A stretch of DNA of 53,026 nt from an uncultured Planctomycetia bacterium (GTDB lineage Bacteria > Omnitrophota > Gorgyraeia > Duberdicusellales > 4484-171): contig CAZPYY010000002.1 of the NCBI GenBank assembly GCA_964590995.1, positions 1 to 53,026 of the forward strand. The letters are read 5' to 3'. The number at the start of each line of letters is the position of its first letter. Position 1 is the first letter of the stretch. The position numbers were made by a program, and so were the translations under genes. Under the pieces are notes generated by a model. The model ran no database searches and was not told the origin of the DNA. It saw nothing but the letters and a program-made list of their open reading frames with translations. Below, in pieces: positions 1 through 8,551 of this stretch.

Positions 1-84
1 CAACAAGCCCGAGATGATGTCTTGTACTTCTCAAGTCAACGTATGGCAATAGACACAGAAGAGGTATACAAGGAGGTTTGCTAG
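1..84 (+). CDS. 3' end of an upstream CDS (partial, product unknown)
   Basis: Frame 1 is open from base 1 to TAG at 82-84 (..QQARDDVLYFSSQRMAIDTEEVYKEVC*). The stop overlaps the GTG at 84 (TAGTG), which fits the overlap style seen across the window. Confidence 0.3.
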   Translation, partial: QQARDDVLYFSSQRMAIDTEEVYKEVC

Positions 85-854
85 TGAAGAAGTTAAGATT
101 ATTTTTCCTTGCAATAGCACTTCTGTTAGGTTCATTCTGGATATATCTTAACCAAAATTACGCAACACCAATATTAATGTACCACTCCTTTGATAAGTCA
201 CAGGTAGATACTTATGCTGCCTTAGACCCCGAAGTTTTTCGTAAACAAATGGAATACATTAGGGCTGGTGGTTACAAGGTAGTTTCTCTCTGGGAGTATT
301 GTAAATTACTTAAAGAAGAGGAGGCTATCCCTAAAAAATTGGTAGTAATAACTTTTGATGATGGCTATAAAGATAATCTCAAGGCTATGGAGGTGTTAAG
401 AGAATTTGGCTACCCAGTGACTATTTTTGCCATTGCTAAGAAAATAGGAAAAGAGGGGTTCTTGTCGAAAGAGGATATTGCATCTTTCTTGGCTGATGAG
501 AAGTTAAGAGTCGATATTGGCTCCCACACCTCAACTCATGCTTATCTGCCGGATCAAGAGAGATTGGTAATGAAAAGAGAAATTTCCCAGTCAAAGAGCC
601 TGTTAGAGGAGAATTTTTCCCAAGACGTTGAAACATTCTCTTATCCTATAGGCGGATTTACTAAAGAAGCTTTATCAGATGTCGAAGAAGCCGGCTATTT
701 ATGCGCTTGCGCTACCAATAGAGGCTTTTCCCGAAAGTTTAACCGTTTTGCTTTAAGGCGGATTAAGATTACCAATCGTGATTTAGGTTTTAGGCTTTGG
801 GCTAAGCTGAGCGGATTTTACAATTCCTTCAGAAAGCCCAAGAATCCTTATTAA
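84..854 (+). CDS. Polysaccharide deacetylase (NodB/CE4 family), N-terminal membrane anchor
   Basis: Motifs ITFDDGYKDN and IGSHTSTH are typical of NodB-homology deacetylases, and an N-terminal hydrophobic helix is present. AGGAGG at 71-76 is 7 nt from GTG 84, so GTG 84 is preferred over the track's TTG at 78. Confidence 0.8.
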   Translation: MKKLRLFFLAIALLLGSFWIYLNQNYATPILMYHSFDKSQVDTYAALDPEVFRKQMEYIRAGGYKVVSLWEYCKLLKEEEAIPKKLVVITFDDGYKDNLKAMEVLREFGYPVTIFAIAKKIGKEGFLSKEDIASFLADEKLRVDIGSHTSTHAYLPDQERLVMKREISQSKSLLEENFSQDVETFSYPIGGFTKEALSDVEEAGYLCACATNRGFSRKFNRFALRRIKITNRDLGFRLWAKLSGFYNSFRKPKNPY

Positions 855-865
855 TATTTAGGATA

Positions 866-1885
866 ATGAAGAATATGGAAAGAATTTTAGTCGTAGGTGT
901 AAATTGGCTAGGCGATTCCCTGCTTACCACTCCAGCTTTTAAGGCTTTGAAGAAGAAATTTCCCGGCTCTTACCTAGGGGTTATGGTTGTAGGAAGGGTA
1001 AGAGAAGTTTTTGAGGGTAATCCTTATATTGATGAGGTAATAGTCTTTGATGAGAGGGGGCAGCAGAAAGGGTTTTTTGCTAAGCTAAAATTTATTAAGT
1101 TTTTAAAGAAAAAGAAATTTGATACGGTCTTTCTTATTCATCGCTCATTCACTCGAGCCCTTATCTGTTTTTTAGCCGGTATAAGATTGAGAATCGGATA
1201 CCGGCGGCTTAAAAATTCTTTCATTCTCAATAAAAAGGTAGAGCCCCCTAAAGGCTTAGTTCATCGTCAAGATCACTACCTTTATCTCTTTGAGAAATCT
1301 GGTATTGTTATTGAGGATAGATTGCCTAATTTTTTCATATCTGAGGGTACTAGAAAAAAGATTGATAAGGATTTAGAACCAATAAAAAAAGAACATCCTA
1401 TTCATATCGGAATAAATCCTTCAGCTAATTGGGAGCTTAAGCGTTGGCCAGGAAGTTACTTTGCTGATCTGTCTGACTCTTTAGCTAGAGATTTTAAGGC
1501 TGCAATCATTTTTATTGGAACCGAAGCACAGCGGAGAGTTATTGAAGAAGTTAGGGCCAAGATGAGCCAAAGCTCCTTTAATTTCTCTGGTAAGACAAGC
1601 CTTAAAGAACTGGGAGCTTTAATGGAGAATTTAAAGCTTTTTATCTCTAATGATTCCGGACCAGCGCACTTAGCTGCCTCTTTAGGGGTAAATACCTTAG
1701 TTATTTTTGGGCCTACTTCGGCTGAAGCTACAGCACCGCGAGGAAAAGCTGTTAAGGTAGTTAAGAAGAATGTTGATTGCCAGATACCTTGTTATAGGCT
1801 TGATTGCCAGGATAATACTTGTCTAAAGGATTTAAGCGTTGATGAAGTCTATTCTAAAGCTAAAAACATATTAAATAATGGTTAA
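866..1885 (+). CDS. Glycosyltransferase family 9 (LPS heptosyltransferase-like)
   Basis: N-terminal ILVV..NWLGDSLLTTPAF and C-terminal FISNDSGPAHLAA motifs are typical of RfaF/RfaC-type GT9 enzymes. Confidence 0.8.
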   Translation: MKNMERILVVGVNWLGDSLLTTPAFKALKKKFPGSYLGVMVVGRVREVFEGNPYIDEVIVFDERGQQKGFFAKLKFIKFLKKKKFDTVFLIHRSFTRALICFLAGIRLRIGYRRLKNSFILNKKVEPPKGLVHRQDHYLYLFEKSGIVIEDRLPNFFISEGTRKKIDKDLEPIKKEHPIHIGINPSANWELKRWPGSYFADLSDSLARDFKAAIIFIGTEAQRRVIEEVRAKMSQSSFNFSGKTSLKELGALMENLKLFISNDSGPAHLAASLGVNTLVIFGPTSAEATAPRGKAVKVVKKNVDCQIPCYRLDCQDNTCLKDLSVDEVYSKAKNILNNG

Positions 1886-2765
1886 GAAGATAATAATAAA
1901 TTTTCCTACTAATTTAGGTGATGCAATTGTTGGGCTACCGGTTCTAGACAGGCTGCACTCTAATTATCCCCGGGCTAAGATTTCAGCTATCACTTCACCA
2001 CAGACCCATAACTTTTTTATGCGCAATCGCTTGATCGATGAAGTTATCCTATTTGATAAGTCCTGGAAGCCACGAGTAAAGATAAAATTCTGTCTTTACT
2101 TAAGAGGTAAGTATGATTTGATTGCTGATTTAAAGAACTCCTTTCTTCCAGTTGCTTTGGGTATACGGAAGAGGACACCTTTTTATCGTCGAGCACCCAA
2201 AGATATGCATGCTACCAATGTCTATCTTCAGCTCATACGTAAAATTGCCCCGAAAAAAGAGAGCCGAAAGAGCGATTTCATTCTTACTGAAGATGAAAAG
2301 AATAAGTGGCAGAGTCAAAATTTAGAGAAATCTGTATTTATTGCTTGCTCCTCGCACTCACATCTTAAGCAATACCCTTATGAGTATTTAAAAGGGGTGG
2401 TTAGAGGATTAAAGAGTAGTTACAACATTGTTATTTTAGGTGAGGAGAAAGATCACCAATTCTATAAAGACATTTTAACTCAGGAAAAAGTAACGAATTT
2501 AGTAGGTAAGACTACAATAGTCGAGGCTTTCTATTTGCTTAAAAATTATGCTCAACTGCTTCTTTGTGTTGACTCTGGCCTTATGCATATGGCTAGTTAT
2601 ATCAACCTGCCTGTTGTTGCTATTTTTGGCCCAACCAATTCTATTGCCTATGGTCCTTGGTCAAAGCGTTCATTGGTCTTGGAGGACAAAGATTTGACTC
2701 AGGTATCCAGAATAAAACCTCAGGAAGTAATAGAGGCAGTAAAAAAAGTCTTAGCTAATGGTTGA
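1878..2765 (+). CDS. Glycosyltransferase family 9 (heptosyltransferase-like), divergent paralog
   Basis: Contains NLGDAIVGLPV and CVDSGLMHMAS motifs. It overlaps the upstream gene by 8 nt (ATGGTTAA junction). Confidence 0.7.
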   Translation: MVKKIIINFPTNLGDAIVGLPVLDRLHSNYPRAKISAITSPQTHNFFMRNRLIDEVILFDKSWKPRVKIKFCLYLRGKYDLIADLKNSFLPVALGIRKRTPFYRRAPKDMHATNVYLQLIRKIAPKKESRKSDFILTEDEKNKWQSQNLEKSVFIACSSHSHLKQYPYEYLKGVVRGLKSSYNIVILGEEKDHQFYKDILTQEKVTNLVGKTTIVEAFYLLKNYAQLLLCVDSGLMHMASYINLPVVAIFGPTNSIAYGPWSKRSLVLEDKDLTQVSRIKPQEVIEAVKKVLANG

Positions 2766-3786
2766 TTTTAAGCGAATTCTCATTGTTCGAACTGATAGGC
2801 TGGGCGATGTCATTCTTTCAACACCAGTAATTAGAAACTTAAGACTGGCTTTCTCCAAGGCTTTTATCGCTTTTATGTGCCGGCCTTATACCCGAGAAGC
2901 TCTAGAAGGAAATCCGGACCTAGATAAAGTTATTATTTACGATAAGTATGGAAAACATAAAAGCCTCTGGTCTTCAATTAAATTTTCCTTTTATTTGCGC
3001 AAGAAGAAGTTCGATCTTGCTCTTATCTTGCATCCTACAAACCGCGCCCATCTAATTACTTTTTTGGCTGGAATACCAGAAAGAGTGGGCTGGGACAAAA
3101 AGTTAGGTAAGTTACTCACTAGAAGGATTAAACATACGAAACAAGAAGGCAAAAAGCATGAGCTTGAATATACTTTGGACCTTTTAAGAGGGCTGGGTAT
3201 TCCGATTAAGCATACTGATACTTACTTCCCGATTCTATCTAAGGCTAGGACAACAGTAGAGCAATTACTTAAAGGTGAGGGAATAGGAGAGGGTGATAAG
3301 TTTATTGTTATTCATCCTTCAGCCTCTTGTTCTTCTAAGCGTTGGCCCCAGGAGCGCTTTCAGAGGGTAATTAAATTGCTAAAGAGCAGAGTGGGTTTTA
3401 AGATAATAGTAATAACCTCACAAAGCGAGAAAGAGTTTGGAGAAAGATTAGTTGGTGATAGCGGCGTTATTGACCTAAGGGAGAGCTTAAGTATTTCAGA
3501 GGTCGGGGCCCTGCTTAAGCAAGCAGCTCTTTTTATCTCTAACGATTCCGGCCCGGTTCATATTGCTGCTAGTTTTAATACTCCGGTGATTTCTATTTTC
3601 GGCAGAAATGATTCAGGGCTTTCGCCCCTGCGGTGGGGGCCGCGAGGCGAAGAGAGCTTCTATTTTCATAAAGATGTCGGCTGCACCAAGTGCTTAGCTC
3701 ATAATTGTATAAAAGGTTTTCTCTGCCTCCAAGAAATCACCCCTCAAGAAGTAGTTGATAAAGCAATCTCACTTCTTAAAAGTTGA
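2758..3786 (+). CDS. Glycosyltransferase family 9 (heptosyltransferase-like)
   Basis: Contains RTDRLGDVILSTPV and FISNDSGPVHIAA motifs. It overlaps the upstream gene by 8 nt (ATGGTTGA junction). Confidence 0.8.
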   Translation: MVDFKRILIVRTDRLGDVILSTPVIRNLRLAFSKAFIAFMCRPYTREALEGNPDLDKVIIYDKYGKHKSLWSSIKFSFYLRKKKFDLALILHPTNRAHLITFLAGIPERVGWDKKLGKLLTRRIKHTKQEGKKHELEYTLDLLRGLGIPIKHTDTYFPILSKARTTVEQLLKGEGIGEGDKFIVIHPSASCSSKRWPQERFQRVIKLLKSRVGFKIIVITSQSEKEFGERLVGDSGVIDLRESLSISEVGALLKQAALFISNDSGPVHIAASFNTPVISIFGRNDSGLSPLRWGPRGEESFYFHKDVGCTKCLAHNCIKGFLCLQEITPQEVVDKAISLLKS

Positions 3787-3851
3787 CATATTTTAGAAAA
3801 GTGGTATTTTTTTTAAAAAGGAAGATTAAAAAAGAGGGGGTGAAGTAAAGT

Positions 3852-4139
3852 ATGTGTTATGTTGTATCAATAGTCGCAGCCGCAGTTACGTCGCTAACCT
3901 GGAGCAGGAGTAAAAGTATTAAAGTTTGGTGGTTGACCCTGATGTTTTACGGCGGAGCCATGTTCGGAGTAATCGATCACCTTTGGAATGGCGAGCTATT
4001 CCTTGTTTCGGCAAACACACCCAAAGATTTGATTCTAGGAGTGCTTATTGTCGTAACAATAATTTTGCTATGGGGAATGATGCTCTTCTTGAGCAAATTC
4101 AACCCTACTTTAGCTAAATATGTAGGCGTTAAGAGGTAA
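3852..4139 (+). CDS. Small integral membrane protein, unknown function
   Basis: 95 aa with three hydrophobic segments. A GAGGGGG Shine-Dalgarno lies upstream. No recognisable family. Confidence 0.45.
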   Translation: MCYVVSIVAAAVTSLTWSRSKSIKVWWLTLMFYGGAMFGVIDHLWNGELFLVSANTPKDLILGVLIVVTIILLWGMMLFLSKFNPTLAKYVGVKR

Positions 4140-4188
4140 TCTATCAGATTAAAGCAGACTTAACCGCAATCAAAAAAATAAAAATTAT

Positions 4189-4217
4189 TTGACAAGCCTA
4201 CCGGTGTGTGATATTAT
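4189..4217 (+). promoter_or_regulatory. Sigma70-type promoter of the hydrogenase operon (TTGACA-17-TATTAT with TGn extended -10, A/T-rich UP region)
   Basis: TTGACA at 4189-4194, TG at 4209-4210, TATTAT at 4212-4217, preceded by an A-rich tract. It sits in the only sizeable intergenic gap before the 16-kb gene train. Confidence 0.6.
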
Positions 4218-4229
4218 TAAATATCTTAC

Positions 4230-4247
4230 TTGTGATTTTATTCACAA
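4230..4247. promoter_or_regulatory. Rex-type operator, 18-bp palindrome TTGTGATTTTATTCACAA
   Basis: Matches the published Rex box consensus TTGTGAAnnnnTTCACAA in both half-sites. It lies 13 nt downstream of the -10 element, over the expected transcription start. A rex gene is encoded in the same operon (18101-18754). Confidence 0.65.
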
Positions 4248-4308
4248 AGTACTATAGGACCTTTTTTAGGCAGCTTGCCACTATTAACAACTCAAAATTT
4301 AGGGTAGG

Positions 4309-5334
4309 ATGTATTACATCGCTTTAGGTAATTTTGCTATATTTCTAGATAATTTAAAGAAGGATTATATTGTCTATTTGCCGGTAAAGAAGGGTGAGCA
4401 GTGTCTTTATCAAGAGCATGATTCTCTCGGTGATGATGTTGTAATCGGCGAGGTAAGAGCCTTAGAGCCTTTAAAGTCATTTTTTTACCGGGCAAGAGAA
4501 GTAGTTGCCGAAGGCTTTAAAGAAGACATTCCCCATTCTGGCGATAAGCCCTTAGCTGTAGTTGGCGTTAAAGCCTGTGATTTAAAAGGTTTTAAAGTTC
4601 AAGATCATGTCTTCCAAAATCAAGATTGCCCAGAACCTTTCTACAATAAAGCCCGAGAAGAAAATCTTATTATTTCCGCAGACTGTACCTGCGCAATTGA
4701 TAGTTGTTTCTGTCTAGCCTTGGGCCTTAAGCCACATCCCCAAGAAGATTTTGACCTTAACCTATCTGAAGTCAAAGGTGGTTTTGTTGTTGAGTCTGGT
4801 TCTAAGAAGGGAGAGGTCCTTATCAGTAAAAATTCTTCACTGTTTAGCGATGCTGGTAAGGAAGAGATTGAAGAGAAGGAAAAACAGAGACTTAAGGTAA
4901 TAAGCGCAGTAGATAAGAATACTAAAACCAATGAAATTCCTAACCAAGATAGTTTCGAAGGCATTATTGAGAAGAATTATGATGCCAGCATTTGGAAAGA
5001 TGAGGCTGAAACCTGTGTTGAGTGCGGAGCCTGTAATGTAATTTGTCCTACTTGCCATTGTTTTCTTTTGTATGACCAGAAAGACGGTAAAAGGATGGCT
5101 CGCCTGCGGATTTGGGATTCATGTATGATAAAAGATTTTGCTAGAGTTGCTGGTGGAGCTAACCCCCGCGAGAGGCTCTGGATGAGATTAAGAAACCGAT
5201 TTGAGAAGAAGTTTGATTTCTTTCCCAAAGTTGCTGATGTTTATGCTTGCACCGGCTGCGGCCGTTGTATCCGGGCTTGTCCGGCCAAGATAGATATTAG
5301 AAAAGTATTAAATAAATTAGTAAACAGTGATTAA
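4309..5334 (+). CDS. Fe-S subunit, sulfhydrogenase beta (HydB) / AsrA-like 4Fe-4S dicluster protein
   Basis: CVECGACNVICPTCHCF and CTGCGRCIRACP ferredoxin motifs. The size and N-terminal domain match the beta subunit of Pyrococcus sulfhydrogenase and anaerobic sulfite reductase subunit A. It is paired with a gamma/AsrB-like gene. Confidence 0.7.
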   Translation: MYYIALGNFAIFLDNLKKDYIVYLPVKKGEQCLYQEHDSLGDDVVIGEVRALEPLKSFFYRAREVVAEGFKEDIPHSGDKPLAVVGVKACDLKGFKVQDHVFQNQDCPEPFYNKAREENLIISADCTCAIDSCFCLALGLKPHPQEDFDLNLSEVKGGFVVESGSKKGEVLISKNSSLFSDAGKEEIEEKEKQRLKVISAVDKNTKTNEIPNQDSFEGIIEKNYDASIWKDEAETCVECGACNVICPTCHCFLLYDQKDGKRMARLRIWDSCMIKDFARVAGGANPRERLWMRLRNRFEKKFDFFPKVADVYACTGCGRCIRACPAKIDIRKVLNKLVNSD

Positions 5335-6151
5335 TTGTAAAAACCCTTATCGACCAATCAAAGCTGAAGTTCTAGAAGTTATAGAAGAGACTCCGACTAT
5401 AAAGACGATAAGATTCAAACCGCAAGGGCCGGTGGGTTTTGCTACCGGTCAATTTATAGAGGTGACTATTCCTGGTGTAGGAGAAGCGCCTTTTACCCCG
5501 TCTTCAAAGTCTACAGTAAAGGATTTAATGGAAGTTACTGTGATGAGGGTTGGTAAAGTTACTGAGAAAATTCATCAACTTAAGAAGGGAGATGTTATTG
5601 GCGTAAGAGGCCCAATGGGTCAAGGATATCCCTTAGATAAGTTTAAAGGCAAAGAAGTTTTAGTCGTTGGAGGAGGGTGCGGTTTTGCGCCTCTGCGTAG
5701 CCTTATGTATGCACTTTTCCATGAGAGCAGCGAGTTTAAAAAACTAATTTTCAGAGGTGGTTGCAAGACCTCTAAGGAGTTAGTCTATAGAGGCGAGATG
5801 GGCGAATGGGCTAAGCGGGGTGATTTAGATTTAAAGCTTACCGTAGATAGAGGTGATAGTGGATGGAAGGGTAATGTTGGTGTTGTCACTACTATATTAG
5901 ATGATTTAGGTATGGATTATAAAAAAGGTATTGCTGTTGTTTGTGGACCGCCGATAATGATGAAATTTACCACTAAGAAACTACTTGAGATAGGTTTTGC
6001 CGATGAGAATATCTACCTTTCCATGGAGAAGAACATGTCTTGTGGTATTGGTAAGTGCGGACATTGTCGAATTGGAGTCTACTATGCTTGCAAAGATGGT
6101 CCGGTCTTTACCTATGATAAGATAAAGAACTTTCACGAAATTTGGGATTAA
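5327..6151 (+). CDS. FAD/NAD(P)-binding oxidoreductase with C-terminal 2Fe-2S (sulfhydrogenase gamma / AsrB / PyrK-like)
   Basis: FNR-like fold motifs (FTPSS.., VVGGGCGFAPL) and a C-terminal CGIGKCGHCRIG..C cluster motif. GTG start overlaps the upstream gene by 8 nt. Confidence 0.75.
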   Translation: MINCKNPYRPIKAEVLEVIEETPTIKTIRFKPQGPVGFATGQFIEVTIPGVGEAPFTPSSKSTVKDLMEVTVMRVGKVTEKIHQLKKGDVIGVRGPMGQGYPLDKFKGKEVLVVGGGCGFAPLRSLMYALFHESSEFKKLIFRGGCKTSKELVYRGEMGEWAKRGDLDLKLTVDRGDSGWKGNVGVVTTILDDLGMDYKKGIAVVCGPPIMMKFTTKKLLEIGFADENIYLSMEKNMSCGIGKCGHCRIGVYYACKDGPVFTYDKIKNFHEIWD

Positions 6152-6152
6152 A

Positions 6153-6719
6153 ATGAGTTCAAGCGCAGAACAATTACATCAAGGCAAGTTAAATCTAAAT
6201 GCTAAGAAGTCAAAGGATAAGCGATTATTCGTTGATTTAGACCTTTGTGCTTCTAGCCAATGTAAAGAGTGCGTACTTGAATGCAGTTACTATTACCATA
6301 CCCAGAGTCCGGTGAATAATGGTATTATCTCAGTAGTTGAACTTGCTACCTATGCTCTTGCCTGTCGTAGGTGCGAAGAACCCCACTGTGTTAATTCCTG
6401 TCCTGCTGATGCCTTAGAGCAGCAAAAGGATAAGGACAGCTTGCTAATCCGGCATAATATGCTTTGTATAAGTTGTAAATCTTGTTCCCATGCCTGCCCC
6501 TACGGTACTATATACCCGGAGCATGTTCCTTACCTGACCCATAATTGTGATTTTTGTTTAGACAGAAGAGATGAAAAGAATGAGCCTCTATGTATAAAGA
6601 GTTGTCCTTATGGAGCTTTAAGTTTAAAAGAAGGAAGTATTGAGCTTGATGAAAATACATTTTTAGTTGGTGATAATTTGATAGTTCACTCTACACATTG
6701 GAATAGGGATAAAGTATGA
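6153..6719 (+). CDS. Poly-ferredoxin, HycB/DmsB-like (four Cys clusters)
   Basis: Four Cys groups are present: CKECVLEC, CRRCEEPHCVNSCP, CISCKSCSHACP and CDFC..CIKSCP. This arrangement matches electron-transfer subunits of formate hydrogenlyase type. Confidence 0.75.
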   Translation: MSSSAEQLHQGKLNLNAKKSKDKRLFVDLDLCASSQCKECVLECSYYYHTQSPVNNGIISVVELATYALACRRCEEPHCVNSCPADALEQQKDKDSLLIRHNMLCISCKSCSHACPYGTIYPEHVPYLTHNCDFCLDRRDEKNEPLCIKSCPYGALSLKEGSIELDENTFLVGDNLIVHSTHWNRDKV

Positions 6720-7636
6720 TTTTAGTTTATCTTATAGTATTTGGTTTTTTGGCAACAGCAGTTATTGGGTTGTTGGCTAGTTGGATAGACCGTAAGGTTA
6801 CTGCCCGGGTTCAATATCGAGTAGGGCCGCCAATATTACAGCCTTTAATAGATATTGTAAAGCTTTTAGGTAAGGAGACCCTTATCCCTCGCGGTTCCTC
6901 GAAAACAACATTTTTGTTGGCGCCAGTTATTGGTTTCGCCAGTGTAATCTTAGTATCTACTCTTTTGTGGTTAAACAATATCAACCCCGGCAAGACTTTC
7001 CTTGGCGATTTAATAGTAGTTTTGTATTTATTAACTATTCCTTCAATGAGTATTATTATTGGCGGGTTTGCTTCTCGTAACCCCTTAGCTAGTTTAGGTG
7101 CATCTCGGGAGATGAAACTCATCTTAAGTTATGAACTCCCTTTTGTCTTAGCTATATTAGTTCCGATTATAAAATCTAACTTTTCTTTACGCTTAGGTGA
7201 GATTATAACTTTCCAGGCTCAAAATGGAGTAATCTTGGGAAATTTATCAGGGATATTGGCTTTTATTGTACTTATAATGTGTATGCAGGCAAAATTAGCT
7301 TTAGTCCCTTTTGATATTCCTGAAGCTGAGACCGAGATAGTTGGCGGTCCGCTAATAGAGTATTCAGGAACAGGGCTGGCTATTTATAGACTCACTAAAA
7401 ATATGCTTTTATTTGTCTTACCATTCTTTTTAATGATTCTTCTTATGGGTGGTTTAAGATTTGATGGGATACACTTACTTTATGGAATATTAAAGTATGT
7501 TGGTCTGGTTGCCCTTATAACAGTTATTAGAAATACCAATCCTCGAGTGAGGATTGATCAGGCAATGCGGTTTTTCTGGGGTCCAATGAGTGTAATTGCT
7601 ATAATTTCAGTTGTTTTAGCATTAATCGGAAGGTAG
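6716..7636 (+). CDS. Membrane subunit, NuoH/HycD/MbhM/EchB family
   Basis: 306 aa, about 8 TM helices. Motifs DRKVTARVQYRVGP and PFDIPEAETEIV are hallmarks of the NuoH family. Confidence 0.85.
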   Translation: MILVYLIVFGFLATAVIGLLASWIDRKVTARVQYRVGPPILQPLIDIVKLLGKETLIPRGSSKTTFLLAPVIGFASVILVSTLLWLNNINPGKTFLGDLIVVLYLLTIPSMSIIIGGFASRNPLASLGASREMKLILSYELPFVLAILVPIIKSNFSLRLGEIITFQAQNGVILGNLSGILAFIVLIMCMQAKLALVPFDIPEAETEIVGGPLIEYSGTGLAIYRLTKNMLLFVLPFFLMILLMGGLRFDGIHLLYGILKYVGLVALITVIRNTNPRVRIDQAMRFFWGPMSVIAIISVVLALIGR

Positions 7637-7637
7637 T

Positions 7638-8078
7638 ATGAGTGTAAAATTAAAAGCATTATTAAAATCACCTTGGGTTTTTCATCTTTCTACCGGGAGT
7701 TGTAATAATTGCGATATTGAGATATTAGACTGTCTTACTCCTAGGTTTGATGTTGAAAGGTTTGGAATGCTTTTAGCTGGGAGCATAAAGCATGCCGACG
7801 TACTCTTAGTTACTGGTTCAGCTAATAGAAAATCAATGGAGCGAGTCAAGAGATTATATGAGCAAGTACCTAAGCCTTGTTTGGTAGTGGCAATTGGAGA
7901 GTGCTCTTTATCTCGAGGTATGTTTATACATAGCTACAATTGTCCGGTTCCGATAGATAAGATTATACCAGTAGATGTTTACATACCGGGATGTCCGCCT
8001 AAGCCAGAGGCTATCATTGCTGGTGTGGTTAAATTGGTCGGAAAGGTAGAAGATACGCTTAAGAAGAAGGGAAAGTAA
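7638..8078 (+). CDS. [NiFe] hydrogenase small subunit, NuoB/HycG/MbhJ type
   Basis: CNNCDIE, GECS and PGCPPKPE provide the four Cys ligands of the proximal (N2-like) 4Fe-4S cluster. Confidence 0.85.
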   Translation: MSVKLKALLKSPWVFHLSTGSCNNCDIEILDCLTPRFDVERFGMLLAGSIKHADVLLVTGSANRKSMERVKRLYEQVPKPCLVVAIGECSLSRGMFIHSYNCPVPIDKIIPVDVYIPGCPPKPEAIIAGVVKLVGKVEDTLKKKGK

Positions 8079-8551
8079 TGTATCGAAGCGACGTTTTAGG
8101 AGATATTAACCAAAAATTTAAAGAGGGCATCATTGATGTTATTGATAAGTCTTCTACCCGAGTATATATCGAGATTAAGGCTTCTTCGCTTGTTAAGATC
8201 GCAAACTATATATTTAAAGAGCTAAAAGCTAGATTTAGTATTGCTTCTGGAGTAGATGTTCGTTCTCATATGGAGATTTTATATCACTTTACCTTAGAAG
8301 ATATAAATTTAGTAATTTCTCTAAGAGTAAAGTTAGATAAGTCAAAGCTAGAGATAGATTCGCTTACTCCTTCATTTGAAGCTGCAAATTGGATTGAGCG
8401 GGAAATCCATGAGATGCTGGGAATTAATTTTAAGGGCCATCCGGATTTAAGAAGACTTCTTTTGTCAGAGGATTGGCCTGAAGGTGTCTATCCTTTACGC
8501 AGAGACTATAAAGAGTGGGATAAAAAAGCAATTAGAGATAGAGGAGTATAG
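8078..8551 (+). CDS. NuoC/MbhK/HycE-N-like subunit
   Basis: ANWIEREIHEMLGINFKGHPD matches the NuoC (30 kDa subunit) signature. The ATG overlaps the upstream stop. Confidence 0.8.
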   Translation: MYRSDVLGDINQKFKEGIIDVIDKSSTRVYIEIKASSLVKIANYIFKELKARFSIASGVDVRSHMEILYHFTLEDINLVISLRVKLDKSKLEIDSLTPSFEAANWIEREIHEMLGINFKGHPDLRRLLLSEDWPEGVYPLRRDYKEWDKKAIRDRGV

